DNA of 64,000 bases. It comes from an uncultured bacterium. Lineage in GTDB: Bacteria; Fermentibacterota; Fermentibacteria; Fermentibacterales; JCC-6. The stretch is taken from assembly GCA_965372215.1 (NCBI GenBank), contig CBDVBK010000005.1, forward strand, positions 2,083 to 66,082. The letters are read 5' to 3'. The notes beneath the pieces are model-generated. The model was not told the origin of the DNA. It saw only the letters and a list, made by a program, of their open reading frames with translations, and did no database searches. The translations under genes were made by a program, and so were the position numbers. Positions 47,339-56,793 of this stretch are shown here, one piece after another (the first letter of the stretch is position 1; each line of letters opens with the position of its first letter).

Positions 47339-49732
47339 ATGTCCGCTTCTTCATGTGACCTGCATGTACACTCTAAGTATTCAAAAGAATCAGGAAGATG
47401 GATTCTCAGAGCCCTAAAAGCTCCTGAGAGTTTTACTCCGCCTGAATTGATCTATGAGCTTGCCAGAAAACGCGGGATGGATTTCGTTACCATTACCGAT
47501 ATTAACACTATTGATGGCTGTCTGAGCATTTCTCACCTTCCCGATACTTTTCTGAGTGAAGAAGTCAGAACTTTTCTACCTGTAAGAAGAGCTGCTCTGC
47601 ACATCCTCGTATTCAACCTGACTCCGGAGCAGCACGAGGAAATGATTCCTTTGAGAGATTCGTTCCAGGCACTTATGGAATTTCTGACCGACCAGGATCT
47701 TTCCCATTCACTGGCTCACCCGTTCTATTTCCCTGGAACAGACCTTACTCCTGAAGATTTCAAGCTGGTCATTAACAGTGTTAACCTTGTTGAATCTCTT
47801 AACGGTGCGAGATCACGAGATGAAAACAGCTCCGTGACTCCAATTGTCAGATCGATCAGAAAAGATCCTGACTTCAATGGATTTACCGGCGGATCTGACG
47901 ATCATTGCGGAAGGTTCATGGGACTTACGTATACTGAAGTAAAAGACGTGAATAATCTCGAAGAATACCTGCATGGCGTGAAAAATGGGAAAGGTATCCC
48001 GAAGGGTGAACATGGCAGCGCAATTCGCTCTGCTTACTCTGTTTACTCTATCGCATATTCATTCTATCGAGACCGTCTTACAGCACAGAAAATGCCGACT
48101 ATTGCCACTCTTGCCGCAGACAGATTCTTTCGACCCTCAATAACCTCAGCTGAACCATCTGTCTGGCACAAAGCAGATTTCCTTTTTCATCAATTGATCA
48201 AAAAAGGAAAGAAGTCAGGACAATCAGATTTTGAAACGATTTTTGCTGACCAGCTGATAGAAATAGGAAAGGATCTTAATCTGAGATCGGGCAGTCCTGA
48301 ACTTGAAGCGGAAGGAATAGACGAAAGAACTTTCGAAATCCTTAACAGGCTCAGCAACAGCCTTCTTAAACATTATTCCTCTCTTCTTATCAAGAGAATT
48401 TCGGATGGCAGACTCCTTGATGCTCTTGAAGCATTTACAGCGCTTATTCCTGTTGTTCTGCTCAATATTCCATATCCTTTGGCCTATCTTAACAGAAAGA
48501 AAGGTAGAGAAGCTGTTGAGACTGTTTCAGCAGAGTTATGTCCTGAGATATTCAGCAGTCTGCGAGATCCCTGCCGAAGGGTCTGGTTCACAGATACAAT
48601 CGACGACCTTAACGGAGTCTCCCGCACAATCCAGAAATACAGCAGACTGGCGATCGATACAGGAAGGGAAATGGCGGTAATCGCCTCACAAAGCAGACCG
48701 CTCTCTTTCCCCGGATGGGTGGTAAATTTTCCTCCGCTTCGCGAGTTCCCGGTTCCTGATTACCATTCAAAACTTCTTTCTGTTCCTCCTTTTCTTGAAA
48801 TGCTTCGATTTGTTGAGGAGGAGGGTTTCGGAATGATGTACATTTCTACGCCGGGTCCGGTAGGATTTGCCGCTCTGGGCATATCGCGGCTCCTTGGTAT
48901 CCCTGCGGCAGGTATATATCACACAGATTACCCCAGGCATGTTAATCACATTGTCCAAGACGGTAAAATGGGGGAATTCGCGGGAACAGCTGCTGCATGG
49001 TTTTATAACAGCGTTGATATCGTACTTGTCCCCAGCAAATTCTATATGAACGATCTTGAGGCTATGGGCATTCCAAGGGAGAGGATGGAGCTGTTCCCAA
49101 GAGGAACGGACTGCGATCTGTTCTCACCTGTCTGGAGATCCGATAGCTTTTTGAAGAAATACGGTGGAAATCCCGGATCCATCCGTCTTGTGTACGCAGG
49201 CAGAGTTTCCAGAGAAAAAGATCTTGACATTCTTGCCAGCGCATTCCTGACAGCAAAGGACTCACTTCCTTCACTTGAACTCTACATATTGGGGGATGGA
49301 CCTTACCTTGGAGAGCTTGTTAACGAACTCAGCGGCATGGGCTGTTACTTCTGCGGAGAACTGAACGGGGAGGATTTATCCATAGCTTACGCCTCGGGAG
49401 ATATCTTTGTATTTCCAAGTTCTACTGACACATTCGGCAACTCAGTTCTGGAAGCCCAGGCTTCAGGTCTTCCTGCTGTAGTTAGCGACAGAGGAGGCCC
49501 ACAGGAGATCATTGAACCCGGAAAGACCGGACTTGTTTTTGAAAGTCATAATCCTGATTCACTTTCTGAAGCGATATTGCGTATTGCCAGGAATGAAGAA
49601 CTCATAAAATCCATGAGTGCGAGAGCCAGAGAAATGGCAATAGCCAGAACCTGGGAAAAAGCATTTGATGAATTGTGGAACATATCACCTGCGAAACACA
49701 GGAGATATAACAGAAATGGATCAAGCAAATAA
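47339..49732 (+). CDS. PHP-domain (metal-dependent phosphoesterase) / glycosyltransferase family 4 fusion protein
   Basis: N-terminal PHP motif CDLHVHSKYS...VTITDIN. C-terminal GT4 with FVFPSSTDTFGNSVLEAQASGLPAV (E-x7-E). 797 aa. Confidence 0.6.
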   Translation: MSASSCDLHVHSKYSKESGRWILRALKAPESFTPPELIYELARKRGMDFVTITDINTIDGCLSISHLPDTFLSEEVRTFLPVRRAALHILVFNLTPEQHEEMIPLRDSFQALMEFLTDQDLSHSLAHPFYFPGTDLTPEDFKLVINSVNLVESLNGARSRDENSSVTPIVRSIRKDPDFNGFTGGSDDHCGRFMGLTYTEVKDVNNLEEYLHGVKNGKGIPKGEHGSAIRSAYSVYSIAYSFYRDRLTAQKMPTIATLAADRFFRPSITSAEPSVWHKADFLFHQLIKKGKKSGQSDFETIFADQLIEIGKDLNLRSGSPELEAEGIDERTFEILNRLSNSLLKHYSSLLIKRISDGRLLDALEAFTALIPVVLLNIPYPLAYLNRKKGREAVETVSAELCPEIFSSLRDPCRRVWFTDTIDDLNGVSRTIQKYSRLAIDTGREMAVIASQSRPLSFPGWVVNFPPLREFPVPDYHSKLLSVPPFLEMLRFVEEEGFGMMYISTPGPVGFAALGISRLLGIPAAGIYHTDYPRHVNHIVQDGKMGEFAGTAAAWFYNSVDIVLVPSKFYMNDLEAMGIPRERMELFPRGTDCDLFSPVWRSDSFLKKYGGNPGSIRLVYAGRVSREKDLDILASAFLTAKDSLPSLELYILGDGPYLGELVNELSGMGCYFCGELNGEDLSIAYASGDIFVFPSSTDTFGNSVLEAQASGLPAVVSDRGGPQEIIEPGKTGLVFESHNPDSLSEAILRIARNEELIKSMSARAREMAIARTWEKAFDELWNISPAKHRRYNRNGSSK
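49584..49723 (+). repeat. direct repeat R1 (3' end of the PHP-GT4 gene), copy 1
   Basis: 140 bp, about 98% identical to 51789..51929 (2 substitutions and 1 indel). Confidence 0.85.
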
Positions 49733-49735
49733 GCA

Positions 49736-51001
49736 ATGTCCATATGGAAAAAGCGCAATAATACACATATAATACTAAGAAAACTGACCAGGGGCGGCGG
49801 TCTGGCTGTCTTTTTTTCAAGCAAAATTGCTGTTGCTCTTACGCTTTTATTTTTAGTTATGAGTATTGGTATAACCGGTTTTATGGTTTTCACTTCACAC
49901 AAGACTACTATAGAACAAACAAATCTTTCACAACGCCTTGAAGAACTGCTGAGTGTAAATAATCCTTCAGTCGAACAGCTTACCGAAAAAGCTCAGATCG
50001 AAATGATGCTTGATGAAAACACTTTCTTCGGTCAGGTGCTTCTTGCTGGATATATGACCTCCATTACTATCACAACAGTAGGGTACGATGATGTTATTCG
50101 CGATTATGCCTACGAATTCATGGATGATAAATGGAGAAAAGCATATAACATATGGGTAACTCTCTTTGTAATTATCGCGTATCTGGTTATCCTTTATGTG
50201 AATGCTAATTTCGTAGCTTATCTGGTAGGTTCCCGTCTTGCTGAAACCATGAAACGACGATCTCTTCTCAAGAGGGTATCAACGTTGAATGATCATTACA
50301 TCGTATGTGGTTGTACCGGAGCAGGTGCTGTTATTATCGAAGAACTCCTTCGTGTGAATCTGCCGGTCGTAGGGATTGGTTCTGACGACAATCCTCCCCC
50401 TGATTTGAGAAAAAGGAAAGGGTTCTACTACTTTTCACAGGATCGTTCAGAAGAGATTATGCTTAGCGATGCAGGAATCCGTCGCGCAAAGGGATTTGTC
50501 ACTGTACTTCCAGATGCGACTTCAAACCTTTACCTTACTCTTTCAGCACATCTTTTGAATAATGATCTTACAATTGTCAGCAGAGCAGTAGGAAGCGAAA
50601 GTGCGGAAAAACTTGCTCTGGTTGGCGCGGATTCCTCATTCACGCCTTCAGTTGCTGTTGGAAGAAGTCTGGTAGCCGATCTTCTGAATCAGGACACAAT
50701 GGATTTCCTTGATAGAATGATCGGTGATCCGGAGCACAACTTCAGGATGGAGGAATACATAATTGAAAAGGAATGTCCATCCATCGGAGCATCTTTAGGT
50801 GAACTCGATATCGGGAGGGTTTCCGGAGCCAGAATTTTCGCTATCATGAAAGTTAATAAAGACATTGTCTACAACCCGGGATACGGATATACACTGGAAG
50901 AGGGAGATATTCTGCTGACAATTGAGTCTCCCGAGCAGCTTCAGACACTCTCACGAGTGCTGGAACGAGGCAAGCGTAGAAGAAGGAGAAATAAACGGTG
51001 A
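49736..51001 (+). CDS. 2-TM ion channel with RCK (TrkA-N/TrkA-C) domain; atypical selectivity filter TVGYDD
   Basis: Pore-helix plus filter TSITITTVGYDDV between two TM helices. Rossmann VCGCTGAGAV (RCK-N). C-terminal TrkA-C. 421 aa. Confidence 0.6.
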   Translation: MSIWKKRNNTHIILRKLTRGGGLAVFFSSKIAVALTLLFLVMSIGITGFMVFTSHKTTIEQTNLSQRLEELLSVNNPSVEQLTEKAQIEMMLDENTFFGQVLLAGYMTSITITTVGYDDVIRDYAYEFMDDKWRKAYNIWVTLFVIIAYLVILYVNANFVAYLVGSRLAETMKRRSLLKRVSTLNDHYIVCGCTGAGAVIIEELLRVNLPVVGIGSDDNPPPDLRKRKGFYYFSQDRSEEIMLSDAGIRRAKGFVTVLPDATSNLYLTLSAHLLNNDLTIVSRAVGSESAEKLALVGADSSFTPSVAVGRSLVADLLNQDTMDFLDRMIGDPEHNFRMEEYIIEKECPSIGASLGELDIGRVSGARIFAIMKVNKDIVYNPGYGYTLEEGDILLTIESPEQLQTLSRVLERGKRRRRRNKR

Positions 51002-51756
51002 ATGCTGCTGATCACAACCAGACAAAGTGCATCGTATGCGGACTTGGTGAAACAGGAATCTGTGTAGTCAAAGAACTGCTTTGTAATGAATTCAGTGTAT
51101 CGATTATTGACAGCGATCCGGAAGCCCTTAAGAGAGTACAGGAACTTAAGGAGAATGTTGCTGTAACAGAAGGAAATTGCCTGTTAGATAATACATTACA
51201 GCAAGCAGGAGTAAAGGACGCTGATGTTCTTTTTTCCATACTGCCCGATGACAGAAGTAATGTTTTCCTTTGCCTTTCAGCCAGAAGAATCAATCCGAGG
51301 CTTAGTATCTATTCAATCGCTTCTGATCTTTCCGCAGAAAAAAAACTGAAACTTGTAGGTGCTAAAAGGACGGTAAACCCGAACAACGCCGAGGGGTTCC
51401 GAATATCAAATGAATTACTCAGACCTGATGTTGTAACTTTCCTTGATCAAATTGTTTACGCTTGTGATAATACCGCCGGATATCTGAGTGTCACAATACC
51501 TGAGGAGAGTCCATCTGCGGGATTATCTTTTAAAAAACTGGAAATACAGAAAATTACCGGAGTCGTGATTATCGCTGTGAACCGGAAAGATAGAAGCATG
51601 GTCTACAGCCCCTCGGGAGATTTTCGAATAAATGCGGGAGACTCTCTTATAGCATTTGGAACAAAGGAAGATGAAGATGCTGTTCGTAGGCTGCTTTCCA
51701 CTGCACAGGACAGAAAGCACAGGTGGAAGGGTGTCAGAAATATTCTACGGAAGTAG
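50998..51756 (+). CDS. TrkA-family RCK protein (NAD-binding TrkA-N + TrkA-C)
   Basis: VCGLGETGICVVKEL Rossmann motif. C-terminal TrkA-C. 252 aa. Its start overlaps the channel gene. Confidence 0.7.
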   Translation: MNAADHNQTKCIVCGLGETGICVVKELLCNEFSVSIIDSDPEALKRVQELKENVAVTEGNCLLDNTLQQAGVKDADVLFSILPDDRSNVFLCLSARRINPRLSIYSIASDLSAEKKLKLVGAKRTVNPNNAEGFRISNELLRPDVVTFLDQIVYACDNTAGYLSVTIPEESPSAGLSFKKLEIQKITGVVIIAVNRKDRSMVYSPSGDFRINAGDSLIAFGTKEDEDAVRRLLSTAQDRKHRWKGVRNILRK

Positions 51757-51764
51757 GAATGGTC
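51652..51764 (+). repeat. direct repeat R2 (3' end of the TrkA gene plus 5 nt identical to the tRNA-Pro 3' terminus), copy 1
   Basis: 113 bp, about 91% identical to 53169..53281. Ends in TGGTC, as does the copy abutting the tRNA. Confidence 0.75.
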
Positions 51765-51788
51765 TTCTAGCTTTGCGAGGAAATACGG

Positions 51789-51929
51789 TTTGCCAGGAAT
51801 GAAGAACTCATAAAATCCATGAGCGCGAGAGCCAGAGAAATGGCAATAGCCAGAACCTGGGAAAAAGCATTTGATGAATTGTGGAACATATCACCTGCGA
51901 AACACAGGATATATAACAGAAATGGATCA
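51789..51929 (+). repeat. direct repeat R1', decayed copy of the PHP-GT4 3' end (gene fragment)
   Basis: See R1. The copy has no start codon and a 1-bp indel, so it is a non-functional gene remnant. Confidence 0.85.
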
Positions 51930-52065
51930 TCTTCGCGAAGATATTGGCAAACCAGAGGATAGCGAGGGTCTTAAGACCGATCCAGAGCACCGCAAGGATT
52001 TCTCTGCGCCTCCACAGGAAATCTCAATTCACGCTACGGAGCGAGCACGGGGAGCCAACTGCGAG

Positions 52066-53100
52066 TCAGTTATCCTCTTCGAAGGGAATGATTGCCCTGA
52101 GAAGCACCAGTTCATTCGATGAAGTATCCTCACCGGCAATCAGGAACCCGCACTCCAGCGGATCCGTCTCGATGATGCTATGGAACGAATCGGTGAGATC
52201 GAGCCCGGTAACCACCAGCGTCTGAAATTCTCCCGTGCCATCCATAACGGCAATGAACGGCAGCTTTGGGCCCCAGGCGGAGTAAACTGCGCCTTCGGGT
52301 ACGATGCTCCTTGCTGTAGCACCTACGGCGACTATCAGGCCCGAAGATGTCTCGATAGCCTGTCGAATGCTGGCCTCACCGAGTACGTAACCGGTTGATT
52401 TCCAGAGAGGGGTTCCGGTATCGCCTTCTATGAGGCAGAGGAACCAGGCATCCGGAGTGGTGATAAACTGCGAGACGGAACCACCGGTAAGAATATCGCC
52501 GACGGATGTCTTCCAGAGGAACCTGACACCCGGCGATACCTCACCGATGGGCTCGGGTAGGTCCAGCAGGTAGGCGGAACCAAGCGAGTGGTGGCATATC
52601 ATCTCGCCGGTTGATGATACACTCTGGATTTCCGTGAAGGTGGCATGGGAATCGGATAGGCTGCCTATCAGATATCCGCCATCCGGGAGCTCTTTTATGA
52701 CCTGATAATTGCTGAACTCGTCAGTTCCCTCTAGAGCGCATGTCCATACCGTGTCATTTTGCTCTGTGCACGCAATCAGCCACACCTCGCTCGATCCCCC
52801 GGGCAGGGAAGTACTCAGGATGAATTGGTTATCCGGGACAGTTTCTACACATGATACCGGACATCCTCCCGAATCGATCACAATCGTCCAGGATTCGGTA
52901 CTGAATGGAAACCCCCTGCTTGCCGAGATTCTCATTTCCCCCGATTCCAGAAACTGACAGCTGTCTATACGGATTGGACTCCTTGTCATCTCGACAGGAC
53001 ATGAATGCTCCGAAAGAATGTCAATCGTAACCGAATGTGCTAATGCTGAAAGCAGGATGAGAATTAATGCTGACGTTAGTTTCATGAGTTTCCCTTTCAT
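52066..53100 (-). CDS. hypothetical secreted protein (344 aa), high-GC
   Basis: Signal peptide. Cys-rich N-terminal third. Codon and GC usage clearly above neighbours. Flanked by R1' and R2'. Confidence 0.45.
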   Translation of the reverse strand: MKGKLMKLTSALILILLSALAHSVTIDILSEHSCPVEMTRSPIRIDSCQFLESGEMRISASRGFPFSTESWTIVIDSGGCPVSCVETVPDNQFILSTSLPGGSSEVWLIACTEQNDTVWTCALEGTDEFSNYQVIKELPDGGYLIGSLSDSHATFTEIQSVSSTGEMICHHSLGSAYLLDLPEPIGEVSPGVRFLWKTSVGDILTGGSVSQFITTPDAWFLCLIEGDTGTPLWKSTGYVLGEASIRQAIETSSGLIVAVGATARSIVPEGAVYSAWGPKLPFIAVMDGTGEFQTLVVTGLDLTDSFHSIIETDPLECGFLIAGEDTSSNELVLLRAIIPFEEDN

Positions 53101-53168
53101 GCTGATGAGTATTGACTGAAAACGACCGACGGGAAACTGGATTTTCCCCCATCTATAACACTCCTCTT

Positions 53169-53281
53169 GCCTTTGGAACGAAGGAAGATGAAGATGCTGT
53201 TCGTAAGCTGCTTTCCACTGTACCGGACAGAAAGCACAGGTGGAAGGGTGTAAGGAATTTTCTCCGAAAGTAGGAATGGTC
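53169..53281 (+). repeat. direct repeat R2', decayed in-frame copy of the TrkA 3' end, abutting and overlapping the 3' terminus of tRNA-Pro
   Basis: Translates to a peptide about 85% identical to the TrkA C-terminus without an upstream ORF. The last 5 nt are tRNA nucleotides (CCA + discriminator + nt72). Confidence 0.75.
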
Positions 53282-53353
53282 GGGGCGGCCGGATTTGAAC
53301 CGGCGACCCCCTGCTCCCAAAGCAGGTGCGCTACCGAACTGCGCCACGCCCCG
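53277..53353 (-). tRNA. tRNA-Pro (anticodon UGG), CCA encoded
   Basis: Cloverleaf folded by hand. Acceptor CGGGGCG/CGCCCCG. D-arm GCGC-AGTTCGGTA-GCGC. Anticodon arm CCTGC-TTTGGGA-GCAGG. T-arm GCCGG-TTCAAAT-CCGGC. Discriminator A + CCA. Confidence 0.85.
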
Positions 53354-53521
53354 AATTACCGAAGGCAATATACTACAAACTCAAAGTACATTCCCGCAAG
53401 AGGTATATTCCGGAATAATGACTTGACTTATATAGTCTTATAGTAGCATACTATATACTCTAAGTCAGTATATTACTGCATATTAGTGTATTTCTTAATT
53501 ATCTGAAACGAGGTAAGTATC

Positions 53522-55195
53522 ATGTTGAAATATTCTGTTATCATTCCACTGATTATCATTGCTGTATCCTCTGCCGGAAACACGATGGTTTCTGATGACT
53601 TCAGTTACTCCATTCCTTATTACTCCGTCAGGCTTGGAAACATAAATCAGATTGACAGTAGAGTACTTGAGGAACAGGGTTTTCTCATCGAATGGATTCA
53701 CGGAGATAAAGCAACTCTGTATGTTAATGCCGATCAGGAGGAGTTGCTGCGGCACCTGGGTTTCAAGCCTTTACATATCCCGGTTCCTGAACCGCTCATC
53801 CCTTATCCATCACTTTCTGATATCTACGATTCAGCTGCTCTGATAGCTTCAAATCACTCGGATATATGTATTCTGGATACTATAGGCACGAGCGTGGATG
53901 GCAGGCCGATTCTGGCTGTGATCGTATCGGAGAATCCTGGGGTAGAGGAAATTGAACCCGAGTTGAGAATCCACGGAGGCATTCATGGTAATGAGAAGAT
54001 AGCAACCACAGTCACGCTATGCTATCTGAACAAACTCACTGAAGGCTACGCAAGTGACCCTGCCTGCCAGTACATTATCAACAACACTGAAACCTGGATA
54101 ATCCCTGTGCTCAATCCTGACGGATACTACAACAGCAGCAGGTACAACGCTAACGGTATCGATCTAAACAGAAACTGCAGCTATATGGGTCCTGGGGGAG
54201 GAGGGGGTTCAACCGCGTTCTCCGAACCTGAAACGGCTGCTCTTCGTGACCTCACCATGCAGAACTGGCCGGCTATCGAAAATTTCATAAATCCCTTCTC
54301 AACCGGTCTCTCACTTCACAGCGGAGCACTATGCATTAACACAGTCTGGAACTACACGCTAAGCCCTCTGCCTGAGGATTATGATCTGCTCGATGCCCAG
54401 TGTGACAGCTATGCATATGATCCGGAAATTATCGATTATTTCGGGAGCGGAGCTTTCTGGATAGCTCTTCCAGGCTCAAGCTGGTATATAATAAATGGCG
54501 ATGTTAACGACTGGAGCTACGGCGAGTGCGGCACCGTTGATTATACGATCGAAACACACCAAAATTATGCGCCATCAGACTGGCCTGGCATAAATGTAGC
54601 GCATTACCATGCAATACTGGACTTCTTCACAACAAGCACTCACGGTATCTGGGGTACGGTAACGAATACTTACGGAGATCCCATTGATGCCATGATATCC
54701 ATAGGTATTTCAGATGGGATGGATTCCACACCATTGCGCTTCTGCCGCACCGATGTGACTCTCGGAGATTACCATAAAACCCTGGTGCCGGGCACGTACG
54801 ATGTAGAAGTAAGCGCTGATGGATACGTATCTCAGACTATTACTGATACTGTAGTAGAATCAGAGGAAAGAGTAGAAGTCAGTTTTGTTCTATACAATGT
54901 AGGTATAGAGGATTCTGAAGACGGGAATATCGTAACTGAAAAGCTCTCGGTTTACCCAAATCCCGCAACTGGAGCCCTTAATATTTCAATTCCTGAAACA
55001 GGGGTTGGAGGAACCATAGTAATTTACGATATTACAGGCCGTTCCATGTATTCAAAGAATATTTCCGATGAGGTGGAGACATTTGTATGGAACTGCGCTG
55101 GATACAACGGTTCAGGGGTACCTTCCGGTATATACGTTGCAAGATTCAATGGCGGAAATTTATCCTGGACTACGATGTTTATGATAAACAGGTAA
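53522..55195 (+). CDS. M14 family zinc carboxypeptidase with T9SS C-terminal sorting domain
   Basis: Signal peptide. Zn-ligand H-x-x-E (IHGGIHGNE). M14 fold length. CarboxypepD_reg-like segment. [13 protein letters not shown]...IYDITGRSM...[10 protein letters not shown]. Confidence 0.75.
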   Translation: MLKYSVIIPLIIIAVSSAGNTMVSDDFSYSIPYYSVRLGNINQIDSRVLEEQGFLIEWIHGDKATLYVNADQEELLRHLGFKPLHIPVPEPLIPYPSLSDIYDSAALIASNHSDICILDTIGTSVDGRPILAVIVSENPGVEEIEPELRIHGGIHGNEKIATTVTLCYLNKLTEGYASDPACQYIINNTETWIIPVLNPDGYYNSSRYNANGIDLNRNCSYMGPGGGGGSTAFSEPETAALRDLTMQNWPAIENFINPFSTGLSLHSGALCINTVWNYTLSPLPEDYDLLDAQCDSYAYDPEIIDYFGSGAFWIALPGSSWYIINGDVNDWSYGECGTVDYTIETHQNYAPSDWPGINVAHYHAILDFFTTSTHGIWGTVTNTYGDPIDAMISIGISDGMDSTPLRFCRTDVTLGDYHKTLVPGTYDVEVSADGYVSQTITDTVVESEERVEVSFVLYNVGIEDSEDGNIVTEKLSVYPNPATGALNISIPETGVGGTIVIYDITGRSMYSKNISDEVETFVWNCAGYNGSGVPSGIYVARFNGGNLSWTTMFMINR

Positions 55196-55220
55196 ACGAA
55201 AACTGAAAGGTTCTTTAATA

Positions 55221-55478
55221 ATGGCACATAAGAAATCATCAAGTAGTTCTCGTAACGGTCGGGATAGCGCCGGAAGACGGCTTGGAGTTAAAGCTGCCGC
55301 TGGTTCGCTGGTGTCGGCTGGAACCATCATCATAAGACAGCGAGGAACAAGGATACATGCCGGTGTGAACGTTGGAAGAGGTAATGACGATACTCTTTTC
55401 GCTAAAACAGACGGCAGGTTAAAATTCCACAGCATGGGCGGCAGAAAGGTTGCCTCTATAATCACTGAACAGGCATAA
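55221..55478 (+). CDS. rpmA: 50S ribosomal protein L27
   Basis: [24 protein letters not shown]...IIIRQRGT...[12 protein letters not shown], near-canonical L27. 85 aa. Confidence 0.9.
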   Translation: MAHKKSSSSSRNGRDSAGRRLGVKAAAGSLVSAGTIIIRQRGTRIHAGVNVGRGNDDTLFAKTDGRLKFHSMGGRKVASIITEQA

Positions 55479-55485
55479 CAATTTC

Positions 55486-56757
55486 TTGATGAGGATTCAG
55501 TCTGATTTACTTATAAGAAATATCGGGGAGCTGGTCACAATGACCGGCGCCCCCTGTTTGCGCAGGGGAGAGGATGCACAAAATCTCTCCATTATCCACT
55601 GTGGAGCTATTGCTGCTCAAAACGGGAAAGTAGTCTGGACAGGTATCTCTTCAGATATCTCAGCCAATATCGAGCTGGAGCGGGATGCAGTCGAGATCGA
55701 TGCTACCGGCAGAGTTCTCACACCTGGTTTCGTAGATTCACATACACATCCGCTATATGCCGGAACAAGACAGGCTGAGTTCGCTCTCAGAGCATCCGGC
55801 GCGGATTACGAGGAAATCGCCAGGGCGGGGGGAGGAATACTTAACAGTGTTGAAAGAACAAGGGCTGCTACTTCTGCCCGGATTGCTGAAACACTAGAAA
55901 AGCATCTCGGGACCATGCTTCAGTTCGGAACAACATCTGTTGAGGTAAAGAGCGGTTATGGACTTGATTCCGATACCGAGCTGAGATGTCTCCAGATCGC
56001 TTCAGAAGTCGCTGAAGACTGGCCTCAGACCATATTGATGACTTTTCTTGGAGCACATGAAGTCCCTCTTGAATTCCTTGATCATCCCGATCAGTACCTT
56101 GATTACCTGATTAAAGAAGTTCTACCTGTTATCAGAGAAAGAAAATTAGCCGATTTCGTAGATATATTCTGTGAAAAAGGAGTTTTCACAGCCAGCCAAT
56201 CAACTCGATATCTCAGAGCTGCCGCTGAAATGGGTTTCAAGCTTAAAATTCACGCAGATGAATTCCATGATACAGGCGGCGCAGCTGTAGCTGTTGAAAT
56301 AGGTGCTGTAAGCGCAGATCATCTTCTGTCAATTTCGAAAGATAACATAGAACGGATTGCAGCGAGCAAAACAGTCGCAACCCTGCTTCCCGGAACGGCG
56401 CTCTTTCTCGGAAAATCTTTCCCTCGCGGCAGAGAACTGCTTGATGCCGGAGCATGTGTTGCCATTGCAACAGATTTCAACCCTGGCAGCTGTTTTTGTG
56501 AATCAATGCCTTTAATGATCAATCTTGCTGTATGTCAGTGCGGATTCACAATAGAAGAAGCGGTAACCGCCGCCACGCTCAACGGTGCAGCTGCCCTCGG
56601 TATGGCTGATTGTAAAGGTGCACTTGCTCCTGGAATGGATGCGGATATGATACTATGGGATCTTGATGATTACCGAGGTATTGCTTATCACCTGGCTGTA
56701 CCAGATATTGCAGAGGTTATTGTTGATGGGCATCTGGTTTCCACCATGTTTGATTGA
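55486..56757 (+). CDS. hutI: imidazolonepropionase
   Basis: Amidohydrolase fold with TPGFVDSHTHP and the HutI-specific EF..R..G..YEEIARAGGGI segment. 423 aa. Confidence 0.75.
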   Translation: MMRIQSDLLIRNIGELVTMTGAPCLRRGEDAQNLSIIHCGAIAAQNGKVVWTGISSDISANIELERDAVEIDATGRVLTPGFVDSHTHPLYAGTRQAEFALRASGADYEEIARAGGGILNSVERTRAATSARIAETLEKHLGTMLQFGTTSVEVKSGYGLDSDTELRCLQIASEVAEDWPQTILMTFLGAHEVPLEFLDHPDQYLDYLIKEVLPVIRERKLADFVDIFCEKGVFTASQSTRYLRAAAEMGFKLKIHADEFHDTGGAAVAVEIGAVSADHLLSISKDNIERIAASKTVATLLPGTALFLGKSFPRGRELLDAGACVAIATDFNPGSCFCESMPLMINLAVCQCGFTIEEAVTAATLNGAAALGMADCKGALAPGMDADMILWDLDDYRGIAYHLAVPDIAEVIVDGHLVSTMFD

Positions 56758-56793
56758 TACAGCTATCGTATAATGCATTCATTAGGATGAAAC

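Noticed and set aside
49546-49902. 118-aa minus-strand ORF sharing a 40-aa peptide with ORF 51808..51990
   Set aside because: The shared peptide reflects the DNA direct repeat R1/R1', read on the wrong strand inside or next to real genes. They are not genes.
53153-53443. Two small ORFs (71 and 67 aa) on opposite strands
   Set aside because: They overlap tRNA-Pro and the R2' repeat. The tRNA cloverleaf explains the sequence.
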